Positions 19,600 through 28,819 of a stretch of 64,000 nucleotides of DNA are shown here, one piece after another. The DNA is from Saprospiraceae bacterium (GTDB taxonomy: Bacteria > Bacteroidota > Bacteroidia > Chitinophagales > Saprospiraceae). The position numbers were made by a program, and so were the translations under genes. Under the pieces are notes generated by a model, which saw only the letters and a list, made by a program, of their open reading frames with translations, did not search any database and was not told the origin of the DNA. The DNA lies in contig JBBAVI010000011.1 in NCBI GenBank assembly GCA_040397785.1, positions 12,930 through 76,929 of the forward strand, written 5' to 3'. The stretch's first letter is position 1, and each line of letters begins with the position of its first letter.

Positions 19600-19683
19600 G
19601 GCTCAGTTGTTTTGAGCATGCAAACGTATAGAATGACGACAAAAGTTTGCTTCGGGATGCCTGTCCTTAAAAAAAACTGATAT

Positions 19684-20748
19684 TTACCAGGTGCTGAGTA
19701 CGCCCGGCTGGTTTGCATAATGCACTTTTAAGGCTGCAACGAGCCATTCACCGCCAAAAGTGATGGTCGCATGGTGGGAAAAATAAATAATCCAGTCGAA
19801 CCCATCATCAAACACAACCCCTTCGTAAGCACCGCGAAAAATATTTTCCAGGCTAATTTTAAAAATCCCCTCCTCGCAATCAAGCAGGTAAACAGATGTT
19901 TGTACTTTCTCTTTGAACAAGGGGAGCAAGGCCTTTTCTATGTGCGTATCGTGCTCAGTCAGGTACACGACCTCCGACTTGGCTGCTCCGCCCAAGGGGG
20001 GCCAATAATTGCAGGTAAATCCCCAGCGTTCGCGCAGAGCAAGGCGTAACACCTGCGCATCCAAGCCGCGTACACGCTGGCGGGAGGAGGTGTGCACAAC
20101 TTGTGGCGTAAGTGTAACCGATTGAAATACTACATGTTGGGACGCTTCTGAAATAGTCAGGGCCATTTGTTCAAACCCTTTATATAAATCGGCCAAAGGG
20201 GAGGGAACGCCATCGTCAAATTGTATTTCGGGCCTTAATTCGCGGTCACTGATATGAATTTCGAGTGGAATCTGCACGAGGGCCTTCGCAGCCACTTTCT
20301 CCACAATTGCTTTTGCCGCATTCGTATCCAATACATAATAATAAAGGAGGTAATGGCCACGCAAGCGATGGCTGCCATTGGCAAATCCATTGGCTGTTGC
20401 AGTGAGCAAATCATCTACCGGTTCTTGATAATAGGTTTTCCAATCCTCAAACCAGGGGGCGCCAGCCGGCCAGCCATTCATATTGGCTACCCGAAAATGC
20501 AGGCTCATGATTTTCATATCTTTCCGGTGCGGGTAATCGAAGCCCTGGAGGCGCCATTGGGCACCCGCTTGCTGGACCGCACTGGAAGGATCCGTATCGG
20601 TAGGCAACAATACTTCGATATGTTGTTCGGGCGCATCACCACATTGGCCCAGGGTTGTTACGAGCTTGCCAGTATCAGTTGCCGTCATTTGGCAATAGTG
20701 CCATACCGTATCAATTTGCTTGTACAGTGTTAAGCGATAAGCAGACAT
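19684..20748 (-). CDS. Hypothetical cytoplasmic protein, possible N-terminal WGR-like domain
   Basis: 354-aa ORF with no signal peptide. The N-terminus (YRLTLYKQIDTVWHYCQM...LVTTLGQCGDAPEQ...WRLQGFDY) loosely resembles WGR. The rest is unrecognised. Confidence 0.5.
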   Translation of the reverse strand: MSAYRLTLYKQIDTVWHYCQMTATDTGKLVTTLGQCGDAPEQHIEVLLPTDTDPSSAVQQAGAQWRLQGFDYPHRKDMKIMSLHFRVANMNGWPAGAPWFEDWKTYYQEPVDDLLTATANGFANGSHRLRGHYLLYYYVLDTNAAKAIVEKVAAKALVQIPLEIHISDRELRPEIQFDDGVPSPLADLYKGFEQMALTISEASQHVVFQSVTLTPQVVHTSSRQRVRGLDAQVLRLALRERWGFTCNYWPPLGGAAKSEVVYLTEHDTHIEKALLPLFKEKVQTSVYLLDCEEGIFKISLENIFRGAYEGVVFDDGFDWIIYFSHHATITFGGEWLVAALKVHYANQPGVLSTW

Positions 20749-20889
20749 AAAATCAGGTCTTTACGGACAGTTGGGATCAATTCCATCCTGTGAATTGAAA
20801 AGCATGCATAGAAGCGATTATTAAAAATGATGTAGGTGGAACTATCCCTACAGTCCAAATTTCGGGCCAATACTGCTTTCAAACTGGTT

Positions 20890-20931
20890 GAAAAAAGAAA
20901 ACCCCGGATTTCTACGCAGAGAAACCCGAGG
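20890..20931 (-). terminator. Rho-independent terminator downstream of the PDZ/T9SS cargo gene
   Basis: The minus-strand RNA reads CCUCGGGUUUCU-cugcgu-AGAAAUCCGGGG (12 bp including G-U pairs), followed by UUUUCUUUUUU. Confidence 0.75.
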
Positions 20932-20986
20932 AGTGTTTTGCTTAATTTTTAACAGTGCCGCAAACAGCGGCCATATATAAAGGTGT

Positions 20987-22669
20987 TTAATTAACAATAA
21001 TTTGCTCCGAAAATACTTTATTACCTTGCAGTACCTGAATCAGAATATTACCCTTGGCATATTCTGAAAGATCAAATTGTTGCACATAATCGCCATTAAA
21101 AGCGTTGAGTTCTTCGCGGAATAGTTGGCGGCCAGCAAGATCGAATAAGGAAACAACGGTTGGTACGGCAGGCGCGCGAAAAGCAATTGTAACCTGGCCC
21201 TGCGTTGGGTTGGGATAGGCCTGAAAGGATTCTAAACTTAAGCTACGGTCTGTCGCCGCATTATTATTAGGCGCAGTGGCAGCCTTTTCCTGATCGCCTT
21301 CCCCTTTATGAATGGTGATCACATGACGCTCGCGCATGCGATCTTGTTCGTTTGTGCCCCAATTCCAAATCATAAACTGGCGGCTTTGATTGTCGCCCTC
21401 CTCGTTGGTTTCATTCAAAATGATCTTATTGGAATTGTCTTGACAGGCCTTCAATGTAGCTTCTGCACGTATAATATTGTTGCCGCGTAAATAGTTTACC
21501 GTTACCTTATTACCCGGTTTATAGGTCGCGATTTCATTCCAAAGGTCATCGTGGGTTTTAACTTTTTTATCATTAATTGCGGTAATTACATCTCCTTCTG
21601 TCATGCCGGCCGCTCTGGCAGCAGATTCATCTGTAAAGTTTTCAACCTGAGCGCCTGTTGCATCATCTGTGGCAAAGGTGGCAGTGTACACGCCCAAACA
21701 GGCTTCTTTTTCTTTATTATTGACATCGAAACCATTCCAATTCCAATTCTTAGTATTCCAATTTTCCCAGTCCCAATCATTTTGGGCTCCAATTACGGCT
21801 TCTGTGGTCGCTTCTTTATTGTTACGGGTATAAGCAACGGCAATTTTGTCGCCCGGTTTAGTTTCCGCCATAAAATCGCTGATATCTTCCCAATCTTCGA
21901 TGGTAGTGTCATTGAGTTTGTTTATCCGGTCTCCATTTTTAAGTCCTGCTTTTTCTGCGGCGGCGTTTTTTACGATATCTACCGCGGTACCAGGTCCTGC
22001 TTCCTCCGATTCAGCGGGTTGTACACCTAAAAAACCATGTTTCTCCGTGGTAGTACCCATATTAATTGTGTTTCGATTGCCAAGCGTTGCAACTGTAACG
22101 GTTTCCACGCCATTGCGCGTGTAATGGATTTCCATGGCATCACCTGGTTTGCCTTTGCGGATCAATTTGGTAACATCCTTCCAGTAATTGACTTGTTTTC
22201 CGTTGAGAAATAAGATAATATCATTGGTTTTTAACCCCGCTTTGGCCGCAGCCGATTCTTTTACCACTTTTACCCGTAATCCGGGTTCATTTTCATCTTC
22301 GTCAGCATCTTCCTCAATCCCAAGAAATGGAGATTCATTGCCATTCAGATCAAACGATGCATCATCATTGTGGGTATTAAACCCATATACTTCGTTTCCA
22401 TCGTTGCTTTTGTTTTGAACCACCTGCACCTGCACCGTGACGCCCTCTTTGTTGTTTTCTTTCATGTATTGATCAACATCAAATTGTGCTGCGGCTTTTC
22501 CTTTTTTAATGATGGTTTCAATGACTTCAGAGCCATCTGCATCTACAGAGCGTTTGGTAATGATGATTTTTTTCTCAGGTTCGTTGTTGTCAGATTGTGC
22601 AAACAGGGCAGATTGGGGGATAATGCACATTGCAAAGAGCAGTAGGAGGAGCGTACGCAGTGGTTTCAT
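20987..22669 (-). CDS. Secreted multi-PDZ-domain protein with T9SS type-A C-terminal sorting domain
   Basis: 560 aa with a signal peptide. Three PDZ-like segments are present (AAKAGLKTNDIILFLNGKQV; AEKAGLKNGDRINKLNDTTI; AARAAGMTEGDVITAINDKKV). The C-terminus (FQAYPNPTQGQVTIAF...LFDLAGRQL...IIVN) is typical of Por_Secre_tail. Confidence 0.75.
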   Translation of the reverse strand: MKPLRTLLLLLFAMCIIPQSALFAQSDNNEPEKKIIITKRSVDADGSEVIETIIKKGKAAAQFDVDQYMKENNKEGVTVQVQVVQNKSNDGNEVYGFNTHNDDASFDLNGNESPFLGIEEDADEDENEPGLRVKVVKESAAAKAGLKTNDIILFLNGKQVNYWKDVTKLIRKGKPGDAMEIHYTRNGVETVTVATLGNRNTINMGTTTEKHGFLGVQPAESEEAGPGTAVDIVKNAAAEKAGLKNGDRINKLNDTTIEDWEDISDFMAETKPGDKIAVAYTRNNKEATTEAVIGAQNDWDWENWNTKNWNWNGFDVNNKEKEACLGVYTATFATDDATGAQVENFTDESAARAAGMTEGDVITAINDKKVKTHDDLWNEIATYKPGNKVTVNYLRGNNIIRAEATLKACQDNSNKIILNETNEEGDNQSRQFMIWNWGTNEQDRMRERHVITIHKGEGDQEKAATAPNNNAATDRSLSLESFQAYPNPTQGQVTIAFRAPAVPTVVSLFDLAGRQLFREELNAFNGDYVQQFDLSEYAKGNILIQVLQGNKVFSEQIIVN

Positions 22670-23025
22670 AACGGAAAGTTGTTTTGTCGTGAAAGCAAAA
22701 AATGGGCTTCGAAAATTGTTTTCATTGAATAATATTGTGCAGACCTGTGGAGAAAGACAGTCTGAATAGTACGAAGTTGCACCCGAAAGTGGCAGTTAAT
22801 AAAAAAATATCGACTGGTATACGTGTTTTGTTAGGAAATGACAATTTCTGGACATTTTTCGATTGAATTGTCAGCTATTATTCAAATTTTAACATTTTTT
22901 ATACTCCTGCCAATGATCTACATACTTGAAATCAAAGGACATGCGTTTAGTTTATCCGGCCTTGGAACTCATTCCCTCCAAAGTTGCTTACCCATCTCTT
23001 AATCTTATCCACGAACCGACTTCTT

Positions 23026-23760
23026 ATGGCTAGCGCAAACTACAAAATCTTATTGGTGGAGGATGACCAAAATTTTGGCGACGTTCTCCGTTCTTACCTC
23101 GAAATGCACGACTATGACGTCACCTTGGCGACAGATGGTGTGCTAGGATTTGAGGCTTTTAAAAAAAGTGATTTCGACCTTTGTGTTTTCGATGTCATGA
23201 TGCCTCGAAAAGATGGTTTTACGCTCGCCAAAGAAATACGGGAGCGCGACCAAGAGGTTCCGATCATTTTCCTGACTGCCAAAACCATGAAGGAGGATGT
23301 ACTCAACGGATTCAAAATTGGTGCGGATGACTACATCTCGAAACCGTTCAACTCAGAAGAATTGTTGCTGCGCATTCAAGCTGTGCTAAAACGCGTCAAC
23401 AAGTTAGCCGATCCAAGAGACGAGCAGCGTGAGTATGCAATTGGTAAATATCATTTTAACTACCCCTTGCGTATCCTCACCTTCAATGATGCCAAACCCG
23501 ATGAAGAAAGCCAATGGAAATTGAGTCCCAAAGAGGCTGAATTGCTAAAAATGTTCTGCAAGTATATCAACGATGTGACCCCGCGCTCAGAAGCGCTCAC
23601 GAAAATCTGGCACGAAGACAATTACTTTACGGCCCGTTCGATGGACGTATTTGTTACAAAATTGCGCAAATACCTGGCCAAGGACAGTGCCATTGAAATT
23701 GTAAATATCCACGGCAATGGATTTCAGTTGCTGGTAAAAGACATGATTGCAGCGCGTTAG
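23026..23760 (+). CDS. OmpR/PhoB-family response regulator (no adjacent kinase)
   Basis: A REC domain (ILLVEDD...DVMMPRKDG...LTAK) is followed by a winged-helix output domain. The start was moved to the ATG at 23026 (MASANYKILLVEDD). Confidence 0.85.
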   Translation: MASANYKILLVEDDQNFGDVLRSYLEMHDYDVTLATDGVLGFEAFKKSDFDLCVFDVMMPRKDGFTLAKEIRERDQEVPIIFLTAKTMKEDVLNGFKIGADDYISKPFNSEELLLRIQAVLKRVNKLADPRDEQREYAIGKYHFNYPLRILTFNDAKPDEESQWKLSPKEAELLKMFCKYINDVTPRSEALTKIWHEDNYFTARSMDVFVTKLRKYLAKDSAIEIVNIHGNGFQLLVKDMIAAR

Positions 23761-23813
23761 GACCTATGCAAGCAACCTGCTAGTGCCCCCTCAATGTAAC
23801 CGTTGTAAAACCA

Positions 23814-23850
23814 ACCCGGTCATCAAACGCCCCTGATGATCGGGTTTTTT
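23814..23850 (+). terminator. Rho-independent terminator after the OmpR-type regulator gene
   Basis: A 12-bp stem (acccggtcatca / tgatgatcgggt, one G-U pair) is followed by T6. Confidence 0.7.
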
Positions 23851-23864
23851 AGTTTTATGGCCAT

Positions 23865-24206
23865 TTAGGCCGCATGTTGAAACAAATTCATTTGTCCATT
23901 ATGCGCAAACGCTTCCAGTAAACGCGCATATTTTACCTTTTGCTTGCTGTTTGTGCGCAATACAATCAGTTTGGCCAATTCGAGCGTAATATAAAAATCC
24001 TCAATCGGCTCTCCCGGACGTGCGCGTTTCGCAAAATCGCGGTACATCTGCGGCTTGCGGATACCGTCCTGAAATTCATAGACGTCGCGCAACCATTTGC
24101 GGACTAAAGCACCATACTGCCGGACAGGCAATTTAAGGGCCGCATGTAAGTTAGAGGCGGTAACAACCTTGGTGCCTCTTTTGCTCTCTAGTACTTCAAG
24201 TTGCAT
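23865..24206 (-). CDS. Hypothetical small protein (possibly phage-type DNA-binding/antirepressor-like)
   Basis: 113-aa ORF adjacent to a strongly AT-rich noncoding stretch. I recognise no confident family. Confidence 0.4.
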   Translation of the reverse strand: MQLEVLESKRGTKVVTASNLHAALKLPVRQYGALVRKWLRDVYEFQDGIRKPQMYRDFAKRARPGEPIEDFYITLELAKLIVLRTNSKQKVKYARLLEAFAHNGQMNLFQHAA

Positions 24207-24683
24207 AAATCAAAGGGTTATGAACAAATTTTGATTGTTCCTTTGAGAAGAAGTTTGTTTTAAATGCGATACAAAAATAAACAAGTTGTGTTTAAAAAAC
24301 AAATAGTTTGACATAATATTTTTGTTATTTTTTAAATTATTTTCATAAAGTGCTGATAGTCAGCATTATGTATTTATATGTTTTTTTAGAAAAATTTTAT
24401 AAAACATTGTGAAACATCCTTTTGGATAAAATAATAACGTGCAACGGATAAAAAAACTGCGGTAAGTTCGCCCGATGACCGAACAATTTGGGCCTGTGCT
24501 TGTTATCTGCTCCTGACAAATGTGTGTCTTTTCCGGTAATTTGTATTACCTCTGCATGCTTTTTTGTCGGGCATTCCACAAGCCTGCTATGCTCAACAGG
24601 TATTGAATTGAATGGATTTATAATCTTATCGCCGACCAAGTATTGATTTTGGCACCCGTAACACCACAATACAGGTGCAGGTT

Positions 24684-24719
24684 TCTAAACGAAATCGTTT
24701 AGAGCGTTTCATAAATTTG
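24684..24719 (+). promoter_or_regulatory. Candidate mvaS promoter: perfect 9-2-9 palindrome TCTAAACGA-AA-TCGTTTAGA followed by -7 box TAAATTTG
   Basis: The palindrome lies at 24684-24703. The TAnnTTTG match at 24712-24719 ends 15 nt before the ATG at 24735. Confidence 0.45.
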
Positions 24720-24734
24720 TAGCACTACCATCAC

Positions 24735-26126
24735 ATGGCCAAACGCTTGCTCCCTGTCGGAATCGACGACATGGCATTTTACGTGCCGAAACTCTATCTG
24801 GACATACGTGCGCTTGCAGAAAAGCGCAATATTCCTTACGAAAAATTGTCATTAGGGCTAGGATTGCACAAAATGGCCCTGCCGGATGTGCACGAAGATG
24901 CGGCAACCATGGCCGCCGAAGCCATTTCCGAATTGATTGATCGGAACCAACTCGACCCAAACCGCATCGGACGTATTTATTTAGGTACAGAAAGTGCGCT
25001 GGATATGTCCAAACCTACCGGTACTTATGCGGTGGAGATGCTGCAAAACCGTTACGCAACGCAATTTGGCACCCACTGTTTTCGGCATTGCGACGTGCTG
25101 GATATGACCTTTGCCTGTATTGGCGCGGTCGATGCGTTGCTGAGTACCTTAGATTGGGTGGCAACCGACCCGGATAATATTGGCATTGTGGTCGCTAGCG
25201 ATATTGCTAAATACGAGCTCGACTCCACTGGTGAATACACCCAAGGGGCCGGGGCGGTTGCGATGTTGATTCGCTGGAATCCAAGACTGCTGGTCATTCG
25301 TCGCCTGATTGGTATTGCGATGGAAAGTGTACATGATTTTTACAAACCGCGTAGGGAGCGTTTTTCAGAAACCCCCGTTTTTGACGGCCAGTTTTCGAAT
25401 AATTGCTACCAAAATCGGATGCAAGAGGCGCTCGACGATTTTCGGAAGCGCGCTTTGGCTGTTGGACTTTTCAAAAACGAACAATACCAGGCACTTTCAG
25501 AACGCTGGAGTAAAATGATTTTTCACCTGCCGTACGCTTTTCATGCCAAACGAATCTATATTGAGCGCTTCATAGCAGAGCGCCAGGCCAAAGGTGTTTG
25601 GCAAGCCGATCTATTGCGTTTGGGATTGCAAGTGCCCGAACAGGCCCAATTTGGCGACGCAAAAGCGTACGAAAAGGCCCGCAATGGTTTTCTGAAAGCG
25701 GTGAGTGAATCTGTCCTGTATCAGCGTTTTGTACAAGAAAAACTCGAACAAGCACAACGCGCCAGCCAGGAAACAGGCAACCTTTATACGGCTTCAATCT
25801 TTCTGGCCTTAATGAGTGCGCTGGAATTGAGCCAAACTGCAGGGCAGGAACTACAAGGTAAGCGCATCGGCTTTGTGGCCTACGGAAGCGGATCCAAAGC
25901 CAAGGTGTTTGAAGCAATTGTCCAGCCTGACTGGCATCTGATGGCAACTAATTTTAACGTTTTTAAAAAAATTGAAAGTCGCGAGGCGATCGATTATAAT
26001 CAATACGAATCTTTGCACCAGGGCACACAAAATGACTCTATTCATCCAGAAACAGGCCGTTGGGGCCTCGCATCTATCGGAAATGAAGGGGTTACGCTGG
26101 GTGCACGATATTACAAGACGTTGTAA
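24735..26126 (+). CDS. mvaS: Hydroxymethylglutaryl-CoA synthase (mevalonate pathway)
   Basis: 463 aa with a thiolase-fold HMGS pattern (GIDDMAFYVP, LGTESALDMSKP, ACIGAVDAL, YTQGAGAVAML, GSGSKA). Confidence 0.85.
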   Translation: MAKRLLPVGIDDMAFYVPKLYLDIRALAEKRNIPYEKLSLGLGLHKMALPDVHEDAATMAAEAISELIDRNQLDPNRIGRIYLGTESALDMSKPTGTYAVEMLQNRYATQFGTHCFRHCDVLDMTFACIGAVDALLSTLDWVATDPDNIGIVVASDIAKYELDSTGEYTQGAGAVAMLIRWNPRLLVIRRLIGIAMESVHDFYKPRRERFSETPVFDGQFSNNCYQNRMQEALDDFRKRALAVGLFKNEQYQALSERWSKMIFHLPYAFHAKRIYIERFIAERQAKGVWQADLLRLGLQVPEQAQFGDAKAYEKARNGFLKAVSESVLYQRFVQEKLEQAQRASQETGNLYTASIFLALMSALELSQTAGQELQGKRIGFVAYGSGSKAKVFEAIVQPDWHLMATNFNVFKKIESREAIDYNQYESLHQGTQNDSIHPETGRWGLASIGNEGVTLGARYYKTL

Positions 26127-26127
26127 A

Positions 26128-26152
26128 AAAACGGGAAACCCCTGTTTTTATC
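26128..26152 (+). terminator. Weak terminator-like hairpin after mvaS
   Basis: The sequence aaaaaacggg-aaac-ccctgttttt forms a short bulged stem flanked by A and T runs. Confidence 0.35.
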
Positions 26153-26238
26153 GCATTAAACATATCTTTTATATCAAGATATACGTTTTTTGGTATCAAA
26201 ATTGCTTATTATAAATCCTACCAAAAATTTCGATCAAA

Positions 26239-26409
26239 ATGACTAATCAAGCACAACAAAAAGTAAATAAAAACGCAACCTTTTGGCTCGTTTTAAGTCT
26301 TCATATTGGCTTGGGTGCCGGATTGTATTATTACGTCCATGCGCCCGCACAGCCAACTATTTCCAAAGCAGCATACAACACAACTACCGCAAAACCGATT
26401 CTTCCATAA
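26239..26409 (+). CDS. Possible small membrane protein (56 aa)
   Basis: Hand-translated as MTNQAQQKVNKNATFWLVLSLHIGLGAGLYYYVHAPAQPTISKAAYNTTTAKPILP. It has one TM helix and ends 14 nt before the next gene. It falls below the ORF-track cutoff. Confidence 0.3.
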   Translation: MTNQAQQKVNKNATFWLVLSLHIGLGAGLYYYVHAPAQPTISKAAYNTTTAKPILP

Positions 26410-26423
26410 TTTTTTGCCCAACC

Positions 26424-27590
26424 ATGAAGCGCAACTTTGTAACACTTTTTCTTTCTATCATATGCATCGCTGGATTGAGCGCGCAAGGCATCGAGTTTTT
26501 TCACGGCAAATGGAGTGAAGCACTCGAAAAAGCAAAAGCGGAAGACAAATTAATTTTTGTGGATGCTTATGCCGCTTGGTGTGGCCCTTGCAAACGAATG
26601 TCTAGTCAGGTTTTCCCAGATCCGAAATCGGGCGCGTTTTACAATACCAGTTTTATATGCTTAAAGATTGACATGGAGAAGCCGGAAAACGCGGACTTTG
26701 CCGATAAATACCCGGTAGGTTCTTACCCGACCTTGTTATTTATTGATAGGGATGGTAAAATTGTCCTGAAAGAAGTCGGCTATCGTGATGTAGATCCATT
26801 TTTGGCACTCGGTAAAAAAGCGCTCGGTAAAAATACGAATTCGGCTGATTATGAAAAAATGTACAGTGAAGGCAATCGTGATCCGCAGTTTTTGTACAAA
26901 TATGTAGGTGTATTGAACCGCTTGGGCAACCCATCGCTCAAAATTACCAACGAATACCTGGCTACGCAAACCGACCTTAACAGCGATTTCAACCTGCGTT
27001 TCATCCTCGAAGGCGCTACGGAAGCCGATAGTCGCGTGTTTGATCTCTTGCTCAAAAACAAGGATAAAATAGCGGCACTTGCCGGACCGGATGCCGTCAA
27101 AAGCAAAATAGAACTTGCTTGTAAAAATACGGTTAAAAAAGCCATCAGTTTTAAAGACGAGGCCTTGTTGAAGGAAGCCAAAAACAAAATGAAAGCGGGC
27201 AGCCCAGATCGCGCCACGGCATTTGGCTATGAATCGGATTTGGCATTCTACACCGCTACAAAGGATGTGAAACAATACCTGAAAGTGGCTGGAAGTTACC
27301 AAAAAGCGGTCATTAAAAGCAATGCATCTTTGCAACATGAATTTGTAATAAGTATGCTGCGTGCCTTTCCGGAAGACGTAAAAGTGTTGGAATCTGCGGA
27401 GAAAATGGCAAAATCGGCTGCCGAAAATGGAGGTTTGCCGGAGTATTACATGACCCTTGCCGGTATTTACAAAATACAGGGAAACAAGTTGAAGGCCAAA
27501 ACAACTGCTCAAAAAGCCATTGAATTGATTGGTGACAAGGATAATGGGATGAAAGCGCGCATCGAATACTTTTTGAATGCACTAGGATAA
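26424..27590 (+). CDS. Secreted thioredoxin-fold protein (WCGPC) with C-terminal helical domain
   Basis: The start was moved to MKRNFVTLFLSIICIAGLSAQ (signal peptide). It carries the active-site motif WCGPCKRM and a thioredoxin_7-like N-terminal domain. Confidence 0.8.
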   Translation: MKRNFVTLFLSIICIAGLSAQGIEFFHGKWSEALEKAKAEDKLIFVDAYAAWCGPCKRMSSQVFPDPKSGAFYNTSFICLKIDMEKPENADFADKYPVGSYPTLLFIDRDGKIVLKEVGYRDVDPFLALGKKALGKNTNSADYEKMYSEGNRDPQFLYKYVGVLNRLGNPSLKITNEYLATQTDLNSDFNLRFILEGATEADSRVFDLLLKNKDKIAALAGPDAVKSKIELACKNTVKKAISFKDEALLKEAKNKMKAGSPDRATAFGYESDLAFYTATKDVKQYLKVAGSYQKAVIKSNASLQHEFVISMLRAFPEDVKVLESAEKMAKSAAENGGLPEYYMTLAGIYKIQGNKLKAKTTAQKAIELIGDKDNGMKARIEYFLNALG

Positions 27591-27616
27591 ATTTCGCCCT
27601 TTTATATTGCTGCGAT

Positions 27617-28768
27617 ATGCAACGTTATTCAGTTCTATTTGCGGTTATGTTACTTCCTTTTTGGTTGCATGCACAAGGTGTTGACTTTGAGCATTTGTCG
27701 TGGGGAGATGCCATGGCTAAAGCCAGGAAGGAACACAAAATGGTTTTTTTGGATGCCTACACCCTTTGGTGTGGTCCTTGTAAATTGATGGTGAGTAATG
27801 TTTTCCCTGATTCGAGCGTCGGTGCTTTTTTTAATAGCCATTTTGTAAATTTAAAAATGGATATGGAGCATGGCGATGGGATTGTGTTGGCAAAAAAATA
27901 CGGTATTGCGATCTTTCCAACCTTGCTTTTTTTCGATGATGCTGGTAATGTGCAGCACCGGGCGCCGGGTTTTCATGGCGTACAAGACTTAATCAGTTTG
28001 GCCAAAGCAGCCACCAATTTGCAAAATAATATGGCTGCCCTTGAAAAACGGTATGCCCTTGGCGAACGCACCCCGGAATTTCTGCAAAAACTGACAGCGC
28101 TAAAGTCTGCTGCACTCGATCCAGATGTTCATAAAGTTGCGCAGGCTTACCTGCAAACCCAGGACAATTACGATACGCCAACCAACATGCGGTTTATCAT
28201 GCAATACGCAGATGATCCGTTTTCGGATGCCTTTTATTACCTTATCCACCACCGCGCAAAATTTGATTCCGTGTACACCAAGGCAACCGTTAAAGACCGC
28301 CTGGATCAGATTTTTGAAAATTACCTGCAAGCACATCCAAAATTGCAATTGGGCGAGGTGCAACGGTTGTATGGCACCGTTTATCCCGAACAAGGTGAAT
28401 TGCTTGCCTCCTCCTATCGCATCACCTATTACCGGAAACGCGAAGATTTGGAACGTTTCGTTTTGTCGGCGGTAGATCATTACGCCCGTTTCCCTTGCGA
28501 TGAGCCTGATGAACTGGTTGAAATTTCTAAAATATTTAGTGAAGAAGTAGCCGATCCAGCCATGTTAAAGCAGGCGCTCGAATGGGTGAAAAGTGCAATC
28601 AAGATACAAGAACACTATTACGCCTACGAAACACAAGCGAATCTTTACGCCAAATTGGATCAGAAAAAAGCCGCCATCAAATCGGCTAAACGCGCCATCG
28701 AATTGGCCGAACAAAACGATGAGGAAGCCTTGGAGGCCAAAGCGCTCCTCGAAATATTGGAGCAATAA
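27617..28768 (+). CDS. Secreted thioredoxin-fold protein (WCGPC), tandem paralogue of the preceding gene
   Basis: It has a signal peptide, the WCGPCKLM motif and the same domain layout as 26424-27590 (FLDAYTLWCGPCKLM vs FVDAYAAWCGPCKRM; FPTLLFFDDAGN vs YPTLLFIDRDGK). Confidence 0.8.
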   Translation: MQRYSVLFAVMLLPFWLHAQGVDFEHLSWGDAMAKARKEHKMVFLDAYTLWCGPCKLMVSNVFPDSSVGAFFNSHFVNLKMDMEHGDGIVLAKKYGIAIFPTLLFFDDAGNVQHRAPGFHGVQDLISLAKAATNLQNNMAALEKRYALGERTPEFLQKLTALKSAALDPDVHKVAQAYLQTQDNYDTPTNMRFIMQYADDPFSDAFYYLIHHRAKFDSVYTKATVKDRLDQIFENYLQAHPKLQLGEVQRLYGTVYPEQGELLASSYRITYYRKREDLERFVLSAVDHYARFPCDEPDELVEISKIFSEEVADPAMLKQALEWVKSAIKIQEHYYAYETQANLYAKLDQKKAAIKSAKRAIELAEQNDEEALEAKALLEILEQ

Positions 28769-28792
28769 AGCCAATCCCATCCCGGCGCTGCC

Positions 28793-28800
28793 TATATTTG
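28793..28800 (+). promoter_or_regulatory. Candidate -7 promoter box TATATTTG for fur
   Basis: Exact TAnnTTTG match ending 19 nt upstream of the ATG at 28820. Confidence 0.45.
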
Positions 28801-28819
28801 CTCCCACAAGCACATCCTT

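Noticed and set aside
24397-24669. 90-aa minus-strand ORF in the AT-rich islet
   Set aside because: It has a TTG start, no recognisable domain and odd composition. I kept it as a comment in a finding but did not call it as a gene.
24709-24960. 83-aa minus-strand ORF overlapping the mvaS start
   Set aside because: It is antisense to the strongly supported HMG-CoA synthase gene and overlaps its predicted promoter.
26736-27512. 258-aa minus-strand ORF antisense to the first thioredoxin-like gene
   Set aside because: The sense-strand gene has a signal peptide, a CGPC motif and a paralogue next door. The antisense product is Phe-rich with no features.
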